Numbered from the stretch's first letter, positions 12,701 through 25,600 are shown. The stretch: 32,647 nucleotides of DNA from Nemertoderma westbladi (GCA_032718475.1 JAUCBJ010000890.1:1-32647); one strand, 5' to 3'. Made by a program: numbers and translations. Notes: a model not told the origin generated them from the sequence alone.

Positions 12701-15300
12701 AGTAATAAGTAAAACATAATAATAACGACCATATGCTGCCTGGCACAATGGTTACTGTGTCCTGTATCTTGTTTGGGGAAATTGGGTGAGAGAATTCCCA
12801 AGTCCACGCATATTTTCTTACTGAGGATTAAAACCTTGTTTCCAATGAGATCACTATCTCCGTTGTGGTTATATATCCCCATATTGGATGGTGGTTGGGT
12901 AGCAGCCATGATGGGTTTGGTTGGGCAGACCATCCACTGCCACCAAATCTAGGTCGGAGGAGGGAAGTAGAGATGCGTCGAGGCCCCCCCAACTTGTGAT
13001 AGACATCATCATAGTAGCCACCAGGCCACTGTCTGGTGGTGTGTGGTGTACTGTACCCAGAATATTATGCCGGCCAAAGGTTGGAGTACTGCAGGATCGA
13101 CTGGGCAATGTTGTTAATGCCAGTTGGGTGAGGAGGTCCAATAACCAAGCATTGGTTCGGGTCTGTTGCTCCGCCATACGTGCCTTGGTCTGCTCGAGAG
13201 GCTTGGTCAAGCCTGTTGTTTGGCGAGGAGCATTGCCAAATCCTGAGCATGAGTTACTACGGGGTATCATCCTCAACTGCTGCAATCAATCATTTGCGGA
13301 GGTTCTGGATAGAAGTACGGCCATTGTGCAGAACTCACAACAATCACCAATCCACAATTGACAACAATCAACAATCGCATCCGCACAATATTGTAACAGC
13401 GACCAGTGGCCCAGCTGCTGTATTTCCTCCATGGTGAGGTCCAGCCATTCAGTGTCGCAAGCATCCGTCATTGCATCATTGTCTGAAGTCTATATTGAGC
13501 CCCGGGCGGCAGATAGAACTACTCGCAGCGCCATGTGGTAATAAGTAAAACATAATAATGATGTCATTCATGTCAGCATCTGGCTGAACAGGCTGTATGT
13601 AATAGGATAATAATATAACTGCGACAGCAGTATACATGCAGACAGGCTTATAAGACCGTATGAGCAATGAGGAGTGTTCAATATGTATATCACCAGAACC
13701 GGTACTTCAGTATATATATGGTGCTAGCCATGTAGTGTAGTGCTATATGGGGAGTTCAGTTATCCCTACAGGCCCTGAACCCAGGACATGCAGGCCAGAT
13801 TATCTTATTGCCAAGCAAATATAATTATACGAGTTCTTGGCATGGATCACTAATGACCACTCGATGCTCAAATCCTCTTTGTATGGAACGTATGATACGA
13901 AACTCAAACTGGATACCACCAGACAGTCATGTGTAAAGCCGCCCATCCCGAAGTCGGTCCTGCTAACCTCCAAACCTGGTTACTCCAATACATACCCCAT
14001 CAACCATGGGTATTGTTAATCGAAGGATGTGCTACTGAGTTCACCTACAACTATGTTCCCCAGACCGATATTGTCGTATTGCCCACTAACATGGAAGTCA
14101 CATCTCGTAAATGGAAGTTCATCCTCAAAAGCATTCTGAGCAAATCCGAGATGTATGATAAGTCTGGGATGATGTTCTAGAACGTGCCCCTACCGACTCA
14201 GACAGTGAATATAACCAACTGCAAGTAACCATTTGTAGGTTATGTCATCTCAGCATGTTGCATACATTGCTTGAGTGTTCGCAGACCTACAAATGGAGAA
14301 AGCATGGGTGATGGTCTAGGGATGTTGACAGGATGATGGATCGATAAACTCATTTCGAGGAATAAACTTGTATTGACACCATTTTAGAGTCAAGTGTCAA
14401 ATCTATGAATACAAACTATTTATATACTGATAATGAGAGATTGTGTTCGATGATCATCTTTCTTGCAGAAAACAAACTATAAATTATAACAAGCTGATGT
14501 CGATGCAGTTGAATAAACTCTTGAGATTCAATATAAACTCGAGGATGCCCTCGATTTTATTTTGGTCCTGATATTAACTTCTATCGCCCTCAAGAACTCT
14601 AGATATAGTAATATCATTGTCAATTTATATAAACATGGATTGAGCTTTTCCACATGCCAGGGGAGGGACATTGTCCTGTAAAAAGAATTGTACATATCGG
14701 AAACTGAAAGTTTTATTTTAAAAAATACATAAAAGGAACAAAATAAATATTAATAAAACTGAAAATTCCGATTTAGGTATAAATAAATTAATAAATTGAT
14801 AAATTGGTGTGCGATATGATTTTTCAACATAGAAACCTGGATATTTTTTCTAAATTTATATTTATCTTTTTAGTTTTTTTTCAACAATAACCTATGACAT
14901 TATTTTTACGCGAACCACTTCAAAGACTAAAGGAAACTTATATTATTTTATTATTCAGTTGAAATCTACTGTATATTTGTATTTATCTTGGAAGACATTA
15001 GTTAATCAATTAAAAATTGGCCAATCGGAAGTATATAAGTATAAAAAAAGGTGCCGACAGAGAAAATTGTTTCAGTTCACTTATTGCCGTCCTTGAGACT
15101 GTCCGTAATGTTTCCACCGATATTAGTAGTAACCAAGTCGAAGTTTGTTCTCAACGCTAAAGTTTCCAAGTAAAGCGAGAAAGGATAAATCAGTATTTTA
15201 CAGTCTTCCTTTTAAGACCTAATGTTTTATGGTCTTCACAAAGCCCTTTATAGTCTGACTATATTATGTTATTATAATTTTACCAAAAAATTTATACTAT

Positions 15301-15742
15301 AATTATTGTCTGTTCGAGAACGGAATATAGGGATATACACCATGTCCCGTAATATAGTGTCATTTTCTGGTGACACGGACCCCCCCCCCCCCAGATTTTT
15401 CTACAAATCTTTATCATATTGCTTGAAATTTGAAACACAACTAGTTCCACTCACCGTCGATGACCCAATGAAGCCGGAATTTTCGATTTTGCCTTCGATT
15501 CCGGCTTCATTGGGTCATCGACGGTGAGTGGAACTAGTTGTGTTTCAAATTTCAAGCAATATGAGAAAGATTCGTAGATAATGTCCGTGTCATCAGAAAA
15601 TGACTATATTACGGGACATGGTGTAATACCTGAAGCAAATTAATCTGTATAACTACTGAGGCCGTTGGCCGAAGTAGTTATACATGATTTATTTGCTGAA
15701 GGCATTATAGCCTTATATTCCGTTCTCGAACAGGCGATAATT
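15301..15742. mobile_element. Short palindromic (foldback) element, interrupted by a MITE
   Basis: Removing 15338-15625 leaves a ~155-bp imperfect palindrome: AATTATTGTCTGTTCGAGAACGGAATATA... / ...TATATTCCGTTCTCGAACAGGCGATAATT, centred on GAGGCCGTTGGCCGAA (~15658-15673). Confidence 0.8.
15338..15623. mobile_element. Tc1/mariner-type foldback MITE with TA target duplication
   Basis: TA|CACCATGTCCCGTAATATAGT...ACTATATTACGGGACATGGTG|TA. Almost the whole element is self-complementary around a short loop at ~15481-15497. Confidence 0.85.
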
Positions 15743-15985
15743 AGTTTATCATTTATTCGAGCTGTTTGCTGAGGGTGGGTTAGAAATTGGATACTTCATG
15801 CGCTCGAGTTTTGCTCTGCAGTACTTCAGTATTTATTAACATAATTGTGGAAATATCTCACTTAGATTGCTATTTGTACATTAGTTTTACTTAAAAACTT
15901 TAAAAATTTCGATACATTTGCTTTGATTCTACGATTTAGTTTAAAAACTGTATATTTACCATATCTAATATATTTTGGCACTCAT

Positions 15986-16065
15986 ACAGCACCTGGTCCA
16001 ATAGCCCGGTAGGTTAGCGCGTAGCTCGTGCGTATATTAGGTCAAGGGTTCAAATCTCATTTGGT
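15986..16065 (+). mobile_element. tRNA-derived SINE head or tRNA pseudogene
   Basis: Pol III A-box-like TAGCCCGGTAGG (~16001) and B-box-like GGTTCAAATCT (~16047) at tRNA-like spacing. No clean cloverleaf. Confidence 0.45.
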
Positions 16066-17381
16066 AAATTTGTATTTTTGCACATTATTTCGATTTAGTT
16101 AAAAATAGCTGAACCAATAGCGTGCGTACAACAAATAGAACTGATTAGCTGGGCCAATGATATGTGTTAACTAATTTATTGGGCCAATGCGAGCTCATGG
16201 AATGTTGTAGAAGGTTCCAGTGCGATTCCATGCCTCGGATTTACTATATAAGGTGCCATTTGCCCTTGCCCCGGGACGCTTGGTCCAAATTCAATGGGGT
16301 TTTTATCATCGCCGTTCAAAAGTTCTATAATTTTACCAATTTCAAATTTCGTGAGTGTTCCTGCTGTTCGGCAGGTACTCCAAGGCACTTGATAACACTC
16401 ATAAGAGTTACAGACAGACTAGTAACGGCATCTGTAGGTCAGCCTCCTATAAAAGCCTTGACAGTGAAATATTGCTTCCAACACTGCCCCCAAGACAGTG
16501 TTCACCCCCCCCCCCCCCGTACAATTAATTACATTAACATCTCGAACACCAAGTGCGCTGTGGTAGTGGGCTATAATAAAAACTGCAGTTTTATTATACC
16601 TACTTCACTCAGCGGTTTCCGTGTAAGTAAACTACTTCAATTACGTGTAGAACTAGTGTTGTGTTATTTGCACATGTTTTTGTTTTATTTGCTATTGAGA
16701 AGTGAATGCTTTATCGACGAATTGTTAAGGGATTTGAAACATTACATTGTTCCCTATGCGTTAATTCTCCAAAAATGTTTAGCAGTAAGACTTACATCCC
16801 CTGCGAGAGGTGTATTCCAAAAGCTAGCGATACGTGAAGCGTAAAATTGCCTAACTGGGAGAGCATCAGTGACAAAAGTTAATATAGACAATCCCGCGAT
16901 TATTTGGTGTGATACTGTAGTTTGGTTTGATGTGTTATAGTATTATAATAACATTGGCGAATTCTGTTGTGGCATTGTGCGAGTGCAACTATTACAGGTG
17001 CATTTCCATTTTAATTTTTCCGAATTATTGATTAGATCAGAGAGTTTACTTGTGTGACTGTAGTTTAATTTGACATTATTAGTCGTACGTTTTCGTACGT
17101 GTTTTTTTACATGATAAAACTAGCGAATTTAGGCGGCGCAAATAGAATAACTTCTTTGGTGATTAATTATTTATTTTGCAGAATAAATACTTAGTTGACA
17201 CCTCTTTATAGTTACGACATACTATTTGTGCATAGATTACATTAACTTAACATCATGTCTGAGTCAAATATTGACACTGAACCCTTTGTTTACCACCCAT
17301 CGGTTACAGCTGCTCCCCATACTATCATTCCCCCTTCCATTGACCAGGTTGCACCACATGTTCCCGGCATGCAATCTTGGG

Positions 17382-17440
17382 ACAGGTCCCGCATCAGAAG
17401 TAGACAATTTTCAGGTCCCGCATCAGAAGTAGACAATTTT
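17382..17440. repeat. 29-bp tandem duplication in the gag 5' region
   Basis: CAGGTCCCGCATCAGAAGTAGACAATTTT x2; the length is not a multiple of 3, so it shifts the frame. Confidence 0.9.
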
Positions 17441-17677
17441 ACGGAGGGATTGTAGACAACTTAAATGTAGATCCACCCATAGTTAGTTTTGTACAAACTG
17501 GAGTGAGCTCACCATCAATACTACTAATGGACACATCCCCCATTATGTTTGCCCCCTCACCCAACAGCAATGCGGAATTGCACCCCCCGTTAGACCCCAG
17601 CCTACATGACGTTGACCGTTATGTACAAAATATCAGGCAACCCAAACCCCCGAACAACGACGACACTCGAGAAATCA

Positions 17678-17766
17678 TTGATTCTTTATTACAAAGAAAT
17701 GATTCTCTATTACAAAGAAATGGTTCTTTATTACAGAGAAATGATTCTCTATTACAAAGAAATGAT
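17678..17766 (+). repeat. 21-bp x4 coding heptad repeat (DSLLQRN)
   Basis: In-frame repeat in ORF 17503-17862, consistent with a coiled-coil expansion. Confidence 0.9.
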
Positions 17767-19238
17767 GACTTAGAGCAACAAATTACCTTAATGCAATATC
17801 ATATCACCCTAACAAATAAGAAAGTAAAGAAAAGAAAAATATATAAGAAAGAAAAATTATAAAACGTGCCTCCGATGTGAGTGGTATTCCTGGTATTCAT
17901 GCCGAGAATACAGTACATCAGAACCACCAAAGCTCATATCTAATCGACCTTTTACTAAATTCTTCAGCAGCTCAAGCCGACCTTACCCGACATATGGCTA
18001 GAAATGAGGCCCGACTGTGCGTCTCTGCAGGTCAAATTCTAAAGTTCGACGGTGACGAGCTAAAATGGTTACCCTTTGTGGAGTTCTGTAAGGATAGCAT
18101 TCTAGACTCACCATTGAGCGAGCATGAGAAGCTTAGATATTTGATTAGTTGTCTGGAAGGACCCCCTAAACAGATGGCCGCGAATTATATGGGCCATGTG
18201 GATGGCTTAAATACTGTTTGGGATACTCTAAAGGAGCGGTATGGCGATGAAGAAAGCCTGGCACGCAATATGTATGATCGACTAATCTCTAAAAATAGAT
18301 CTGCCCAAAGTGAGATAGTAGAGTTTAGAGATGAAGTAGAGGAAATTTGCCGCCAACTTGATTGGCTAGGACAAAAACAAGTGTACGATACATCCATGAC
18401 AGTACAATTCGTTTCCAGTGCACTCCCAAAGGGCTCCATTGGAACCAGATGGGACCGATACTCTTAGAATTACAAACTTAAACACGGATGTTTCCCGGAT
18501 ATGGACTCGTTTAGAGGTTTCCTGAAAGCTGAAGCGTCCACATATCTCATAACAATAAACCGGGAAAGAAGCACACATTCCAACACAAAAACATCAGATA
18601 AAATAATGACTAAGAAACGGTATGCTTATGTCACTAGCTATGAGGAACGCACTTCGCAATGCACTGATTCAGAGATGGAAGGACACGACAGTGTATATCT
18701 TAGTGATACGAGCTCAAAGGGACAGAGAAAACATAGATGTAAAAATGCAAAGATGCATACTGTAAGCACCCCCATAATTCAAAGGTGTCTCCTTTGTAAA
18801 ACCACCACACATTCCCTTGTAAAATGTCCTGTTTTCCTGAAAAAACCACCTAAGGAAAGACGACAGACAGTAAGAGCTTTATTGGCGTGCTCCCTGTGCC
18901 TTAGACTAGAACACATAAGACGTAAATGTCACTTAAAGAACATTAAAGCATGCCCCGTGTGTCAAGGCCCTCACCACGCTTTGTTACACTTAGATCAGGC
19001 TCCAAAGGGAGAAGTAGACCAACACATGCGTACATTTCACTGATCACGAGACAGACTCGTCCGATAAAGGGCCAGATAAATTCTACCCTGGAGAGTTTAC
19101 AGATGACGACGAATGCTGTAACCATGTTAGTCGTATGAGTCCTTCACCTATGAGGAACCCGCATCGGAAGATTGTTTCAAAGTTGAGAACAATCCCAATA
19201 CCTGGTCATCCCAGGATGCAGGAGTTAAAGAGTTTCCG

Positions 19239-20566
19239 GTGCTTCAAGTCAGACTACACGCGGGAAGCAGTAGCGTAGTGGTAAATGCATTGATGGATAC
19301 CGGAATTACGGGAACCTTCATAGACGCAGACTTAGCCGATTCCTTGTTCACCAGGGAACAGGGCCACAACATGAAATTAACATTATCTGGGATAATGAAA
19401 CGTTGGCAATCCACAATTGAGACCAAGTATTATAAAGTATCACTGTCCACCCCGCAAGATACCAGTGGCCAGGACAGGGTCTCTAACATCAAGATGGTTG
19501 TCATCCGGAATTTTACCAAAAGTCAGGCCAAGGCCTACGACTGGGATGATTGACGCCCTTGTACGTAATCATAACATTCCCCGTTTCACCCCAGACTACC
19601 CAGGCGAGCAGATGTTGATAGGCCAAAATGTACCTGAGGCTTTAGAAATTCTGGAGAAACGACCCAGACATCCAGAACCAATGTCAGCCTACGCCTGTAG
19701 GATGAGAGTGGGATGGTTCTGTACTGGGCCTTCCCGGAAAACTCTATTAGAATGGAAAGGACCGACAAATACAGACACCGACACATAATTTAGTGGCCCA
19801 CCTCTGAAATGAGATCATAGAGACTGAAGAGGACATATTGACTACCCCTGATCAAACTGACAGTGATAATGACGCACCCCTATCCTCAGACCAAGACTGT
19901 TTCCTTACTGGGTACAGTGAACCCGACAATATGTCCCCTATGACTGACCGAAAGTTGCATACCACCCCATTGGAATCATGTAACATATTAAATACAACAC
20001 CCGACTTGCGACTACATCGGGCGGCTGATGACCATAGGGATGAATTTCCACCTCCAGTCATAAATAGTATCAAACGGGATATTTACATAGACGACAACCC
20101 GAAACCAGCCCCGACAGTAAAGGAAACCATAGACATTGCTCAAGGGACAGTAAACTGCCTGAAACTTGGAGGATTTCGCCTAACGAAATTCATAAGCAAT
20201 TCACGTAAGTTTTTAAAGGCCATACCCCTGTCGAGCGTGTCGATACCGAACTAGACTTAAATAAGGACGGCCTACCGGAGACTAAGCCATTAAGTCTTTG
20301 TTGGTTTATAAAAGCTGACATCATGGTATTTAAAGTGAAGTTAAGAAAGGGTGATACTCAAACCAAATGCATTCACCTAGACGTACTCAGTGCCTATTTC
20401 GACCCCCTAGTATTCAGCAGCCCAGTTATATTGCGGGCTTGAGACTCGTTCCACATATATGGAAGGAGAATGATAGTAGAAACACGCGTCAGCGCGGATG
20501 GCCTGGTAAGATCAGTGGATCTCGTAGTGCTGAGGGAAAAGGCAAGGCCACCTCTGCCTGCTAGAA
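19239..20566 (+). pseudogene. BEL/Pao pol remnant: aspartic protease, partial RT, integrase C-terminal tail
   Basis: VNALMDTGITGTFI (protease), MLIGQ...MRVGW, IKRDIYIDD and LKLGGFRLTKFISNS (RT), LSLCW...SAYFDPL, then an abrupt jump to IVETRVSADGLVRSVDL...LCLLE (DUF5641-like tail). The RT N-terminal half, RNase H and the integrase core are missing. Confidence 0.88.
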
Positions 20567-22058
20567 ATGGCATGCAAAGAATCTGGCAACTATGGCAAGC
20601 AAGAAGTCAAGCTAACAGACTTGGCATATTTTTATTGTACTAGTCAGATATGTATAGTAGAGTTGACCGTACGTCCTCTGGCCACATTGCGTTTCAAGAG
20701 TGCGGTTGGAACTTTAAGGAAACCAATTGCGAGACGTATTCCAGAGTCTATGGCTTGGAACGTTTTAGTGCGCTGATGAGTGTTTGATAGCGCCACCACA
20801 GCGTTTTCCCAGCCTTGACCAGCTTATCAACGCCGTGCGAGACATCAACAGTTTGTTAAAGCGGAGGCTTACATCAACACACGGCCAGACGCAGCTTTAT
20901 TGCCGTAACCTGTAATGAACATTTTCTTGGACAAATCAGTTTATAAACTCGGTTCAGCCATATATCGAGATTTGACAGATGATTTCCCTATCATCCATGA
21001 CATACCATATCCCTTTGTCAACACCCAAACCATCCTTCCTTGGGCGCAACCCCGCGGCTTCTTCCAGGTTATGTATCGACGCAACGCTAAAGATATGTAT
21101 AGTAGAGTTGACCGTACGTCCTCTGGCCACATTGCGTTTCAAGAGTGCGGTTGGAACTTTAAGGAAACCAATCACGAGACGTATTCCAGAGTCTATGGTG
21201 ACTCATATTTGCCTTATTACTTTCAAGGACCGCTCACCCCCCCAGGCGCTGTATATAGCTTTATGAGCATCCCCTTGCGCCCCTCATTAGCGATATACCT
21301 CATTCGAGAACCAAGCGTTATCAGGATGGCTTGCGGACGTCTGTAGCCGCACGTTGAGAACGCACCCGTTGTTGTTGGGAACCCAACTCGCCAAACTCGA
21401 TGAATTTGGTAAATTCCTGAACTTCAAATGCTTTTGGCGTTTCTTAACCCCCTTCGCCAATATTGACAGTCAGTCAGTTCGCCAATACTGACAGACAGAC
21501 AGTCAGTTACATCGCTCCGCAGCGGATGAGGTAGCCAGCGGTGGCTTTGCCATATTCCGGGACGTATGTAATACCAATCTCCATCAATCGGTGATCGAGA
21601 GGCCCATTATTAAACCTGGTTTCTCGGTTGGACAAATACTAACTGAAGTTATGGACACCCCCGACCAAACGGAGGAATCAATCCATCTAGAAGCGACCTC
21701 AGCAGCTGCCCCTCTCGTGCTCACCCGGTTTGGTGTCATTACCCAAACTGCCCCCTCCGGACCAGTGCAAGCTGCTGTGCGGAAGCACTTAGCTGTTCCT
21801 CCAGGATTAGAGATCCGTCGACCGGCTGTCGACTCGGGCGCAACGAGACCGTTCGAGTTCCTGTCCTTGCCCGGCACATCCACCGGGACATACATACTTC
21901 CGATTTCACCGACACCAGACACGGTATATATACACCCGGATCCCAATGAGACGCTTTCAAGCGACAACCTGACGTTACCCGCGCCCCAAACGCCTACAAA
22001 GAAGATGAAACGACTCTTTATGCGAAATACCCCTAAACACCCCAAGAGAAAGCGATAA
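20567..22058 (+). pseudogene. Unidentified extra coding region downstream of pol (env position)
   Basis: Several sense-strand ORF pieces (20567-20776, 20915-21346, 21591-22058) in sequence with higher GC than the flanks. The last is Pro/Thr-rich and ends in a basic tail (KKMKR...KHPKRKR). No family recognised. Confidence 0.45.
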
Positions 22059-24239
22059 TATAAGATTGTTATTAGTTAGCTAGTAAAGTCAAACTTTATA
22101 AAATCCCTGTACTCATTCGTCAACAGCTAAGTATGTTATAAAACTATCATATTTGTAAATAATGAATAATCCGTATTTCTTACTGTAAGAATGAAACTCA
22201 ATATATTGGTTGAATTTATGTATTTTTATATTTGAAGGATAATATGACTCAATATTTACCTACTTACGTCGAATAATTTACCTACCTACCATATTTGTAA
22301 ATACTTTAAACTCTAATATTGTTTGAAAGGTCGTTTAATACTTATTTAGTCTTACCGGAAGTGACTCAACGAACTTTATTGTTTTATATGAGAAAGTTGA
22401 TCTACCTTAATTAATTTCGTTTAATTTTAGTTAGATTGTTTATCACATTTAATTGTATGTAGCGAGTATTTGATATTGACGTAACCTTTGATTGTTGAAA
22501 GATTGTATATGCCCTTCTCCATGGAAATTTCCGAAAAAACTCAATGTTGTGTTTCTCATAGAACGATTGTTGAACTTGTACGTAATTTTAGGGAATGGTT
22601 TTGCTGCACATGCTAACTGCATATCGAAATCTTATATTTTTATCAGAGAATCATTCATATTCTGTGTGTATAACATTTATGCCTAACTCGTGTTGTATAA
22701 CACCGTGAACCTTGTTTATATGTTTCCTAGCAGCTGTTGTGGTAGTGCTGAACTCTCATTGGTAACTACCGGTGCAGGTATTCTTGCGTCCTATTGGCTG
22801 TTCTATTTTGCAGTATTACTTGTTTATATAGTCCTATGTTCATCCCATTACTCTCAGGCGTAACCTAACTACATATTAGCCTGTTGCGAGTCATTGTATC
22901 TACCGCACTCGTTATATTTCACCTTGTTGCATATATTATTGCATTATCATTATTTACTATTATTGCTTTACTATTGTTGATGAATATACAAGACGAGAGA
23001 TCAAACCAACTCGATTTCCACACAGTTATTGCTGACTGCGCCCTGTCTGTAATAGATTCGGTTCATTTTAGTGCGAGTGTGTGCGTCCATAGTACTGCAA
23101 TATTATTCCCCAAGATAATATATATATACATACATACTTTCGTGAGTGTTCCTGCTGTGCGGCAGGTACCCCAAGTCACAATCAATTGAACTATTGAATG
23201 GACTGCTGAATGGACTATTGAATTGAATGGAATTCGTGCTGGCACCAAAATATAGCTAGCTAGCAATAATAAATAATAATACATTATACTACTACTACTA
23301 GGTCGAGCGAACTCGGACAGTGGAAATGAGATCCTTCCAGGCTTCCTGATTCTACATTATACATTATATAGGCCTAATATAATACATAATGGCGTTCTAG
23401 AAAAAAATTAATTTCTTGTTATTTTTTTTACATTTTGTCTTTTGACTTTGACTTTGACTCGGTAGTGTGAACGCGACCTAAGTAATGAGTGAGTAATAAT
23501 ATAAGTGTGCATGGTGTACATGGGATATTGAATGTAGAATATGAGGTTGTGGATCTTATCTTATCAATCTTAACACATTCAAAGAGTTCATATTAAGCAA
23601 ACATATAATAATACAATATGAATGAAGTTCATACAATTAATAATACAGTATCTATTGTTGTATAATTAAGTGTGGTCTTTCCAGAGGTTGATGTATAATA
23701 TAAAGGCACATGTTCGTAATTGCAGATACCCATATACGCCACACTGCAATATAACTAACTACCCAGTAAAATATTTGTCTTACAGTTGAATAATAACGAA
23801 TTCTGCAATATATTAAATTCGATGCACATCTGCGCTCAAACCATTCTACTTTTAAACTGTGTAGGCTTTACTGTGAACTGAACAGCTCTCTTCAACCAAC
23901 CCACAATGTATAATTAATACCTATCTATCTGATTGAAGGTTGCACAAAAATTAAAGGAATTGAAAAATTATAAATTGAACAATTATTACAATTAGTATTA
24001 TAGTTAAATTATTGTTATAGTTATTTATTATACTAAAATTATAGTCTACAGTTTAGAATTTAGAGATTAATATATTTTTAATACCTCCTAATTGAACTAG
24101 AATACTTTTTCAATCTATCTTATTGTATATCTATATCATATAAATATAAAACAATAATTAAAATACATCATTTGTAGATGGCACTATAAAAGGGCTGTAT
24201 CAAAAGGTTACCCTATGAAACATTATCGATTGAAACAGA

Positions 24240-25600
24240 GAGCACGTCGTAATTGCTAAAAGTAAATATGAAGTAAACTGGTTTGGTTGTTAGGCTAGGG
24301 ATTTCAATCAAATTCGGGTGATGGTTTTCATGGATATTTCCAGTGCAGTTCCCCAGAAATATACTCTCCAGAGGAAACCAGATGTATAACAGCCCTGCTA
24401 TATTCATAATTAATTAAACGAATCTTTCCTCTATGCGCTGTCAGAGATCAAGCGATTAGCACTAACGCGAGGTTACTTTTCTCCCTCCCACCAAATAAAC
24501 TCGACCTGAGGATTATCTCCCGCCTTTCGAACGGTTGTTTAATGATGTTCGAAGAGAACCTAATAATTTGGATAAATAACTTTTCCGAACTCGCCTTAAA
24601 GATATCGCACTTTCCGCTTATACGAGACATAGTATATCGAGATATTTATTTATATAGAGATATAGTATATAAGACTAGCAGACTATCAGACTAGCAGACT
24701 ATAGTATATAGCTAATGATACATTTTCTTTCGATCAAGAAATTGTTCACTTAAAATTAATAAAAAAGTTTATATGATTAGTTATGATATAAAATTGCTTT
24801 ACACAAATATTCCGGATTTGATATTCCTGGACAAGAAAATAGCAATATTTCTGATGTTCATTAATAACATTTTTTCATTTAACAATAATTTAGATGGACT
24901 TGCTATGGGTTCCCCACGTTGTGCTGTTGTTGCTAACGCCTTCCCTTCCTGCCATGAAGTCCGCTGGTTAGATAAATGTTTAAAGAATTGTTTAAACCCC
25001 TTTTCTACCGTTCGTATATATATGGACGATACTTTCGTCATTTTTGAAACTTTTAATAAACCTAAAAACTTTATGGATTATATAAATCACCAACCCCACA
25101 TATTAAATTTACTATGTGGGAAAGTTTCCGTTTTGAAACATCAGTATACCGTAAGCCGATTAGTAGAGGCTTATATACAAACTATCATAGTTTTATTCCC
25201 TTCCAAAATAAATTCGGTTTAATATTAACCCTTTTTTCTCGAATTTTTAGAATATCTTAGTACATTGTCTTAGAGATACCTTACATACGAATGTCTATCC
25301 ATCCATTGCCGTTTATTGATAGTGCTTTAAGAATCGTTCTTTCTGGAATATTCTAACCTCATGATACTAATATTTATACTAATAGTTCAGACAAGCGTAC
25401 GATAAACCTTATTTTACCCTTTACTAGTTCACACGGTTTTATAGTTAAAGCGAGATTAATTAAACTTTTCCGATCTTCATTTTCTTGTAATATTGAACTG
25501 AAAGTTATTTTCATGCCTTCCTACCGCTTACTGTCAATTATTGCATTGATAATGGTAAATGATTTTCTACCGAAACGTCTTCAGTTTTATATTATCGACT
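24240..25600 (+). mobile_element. Penelope-like retroelement remnant
   Basis: MISYDIKLLYTNIP, DGLAMGSP..VVANAF, YMDDTFVIF and, in another frame, VYRKPISRGLYTNYHSFIP. The 3' signature TGATAATGG...CCGAAACGT lies at ~25547-25578. No GIY-YIG endonuclease seen. Confidence 0.85.

Larger units (their letters stand above)
17255..19043 (+). pseudogene. BEL/Pao gag (frameshifted, with stops)
   Basis: ILKFDGDELKWLPF...LSEHEKLRYLISCLEGPPKQM...WDTLKERYG (DUF1759-type). The knuckle cluster CLLCKTTTHSLVKC, CSLCLRLEHIRRKC, CPVCQGPHHALLH is characteristic of BEL/Pao. Confidence 0.92.
16165..23180 (+). mobile_element. BEL/Pao LTR retrotransposon, decayed and internally deleted; outer boundaries approximate
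   Basis: Domains in the order gag (DUF1759-like), zinc knuckles, protease, partial RT, post-RT region, integrase C-terminal tail. No full LTR pair is visible. Confidence 0.8.

Noticed and set aside
15986-16065. Functional tRNA gene
   Set aside because: A and B boxes are present but the acceptor and anticodon stems do not pair convincingly; more likely SINE-derived.
16164-16844. 226-aa ORF as a real gene
   Set aside because: Non-ATG start, runs through a poly-C tract and the probable LTR/leader region, and has no recognisable motif.
23299-23481. Possible Harbinger-like MITE (TAGGTCG...CGACCTA)
   Set aside because: Only ~7 bp of clean inverted match, which is not enough support.
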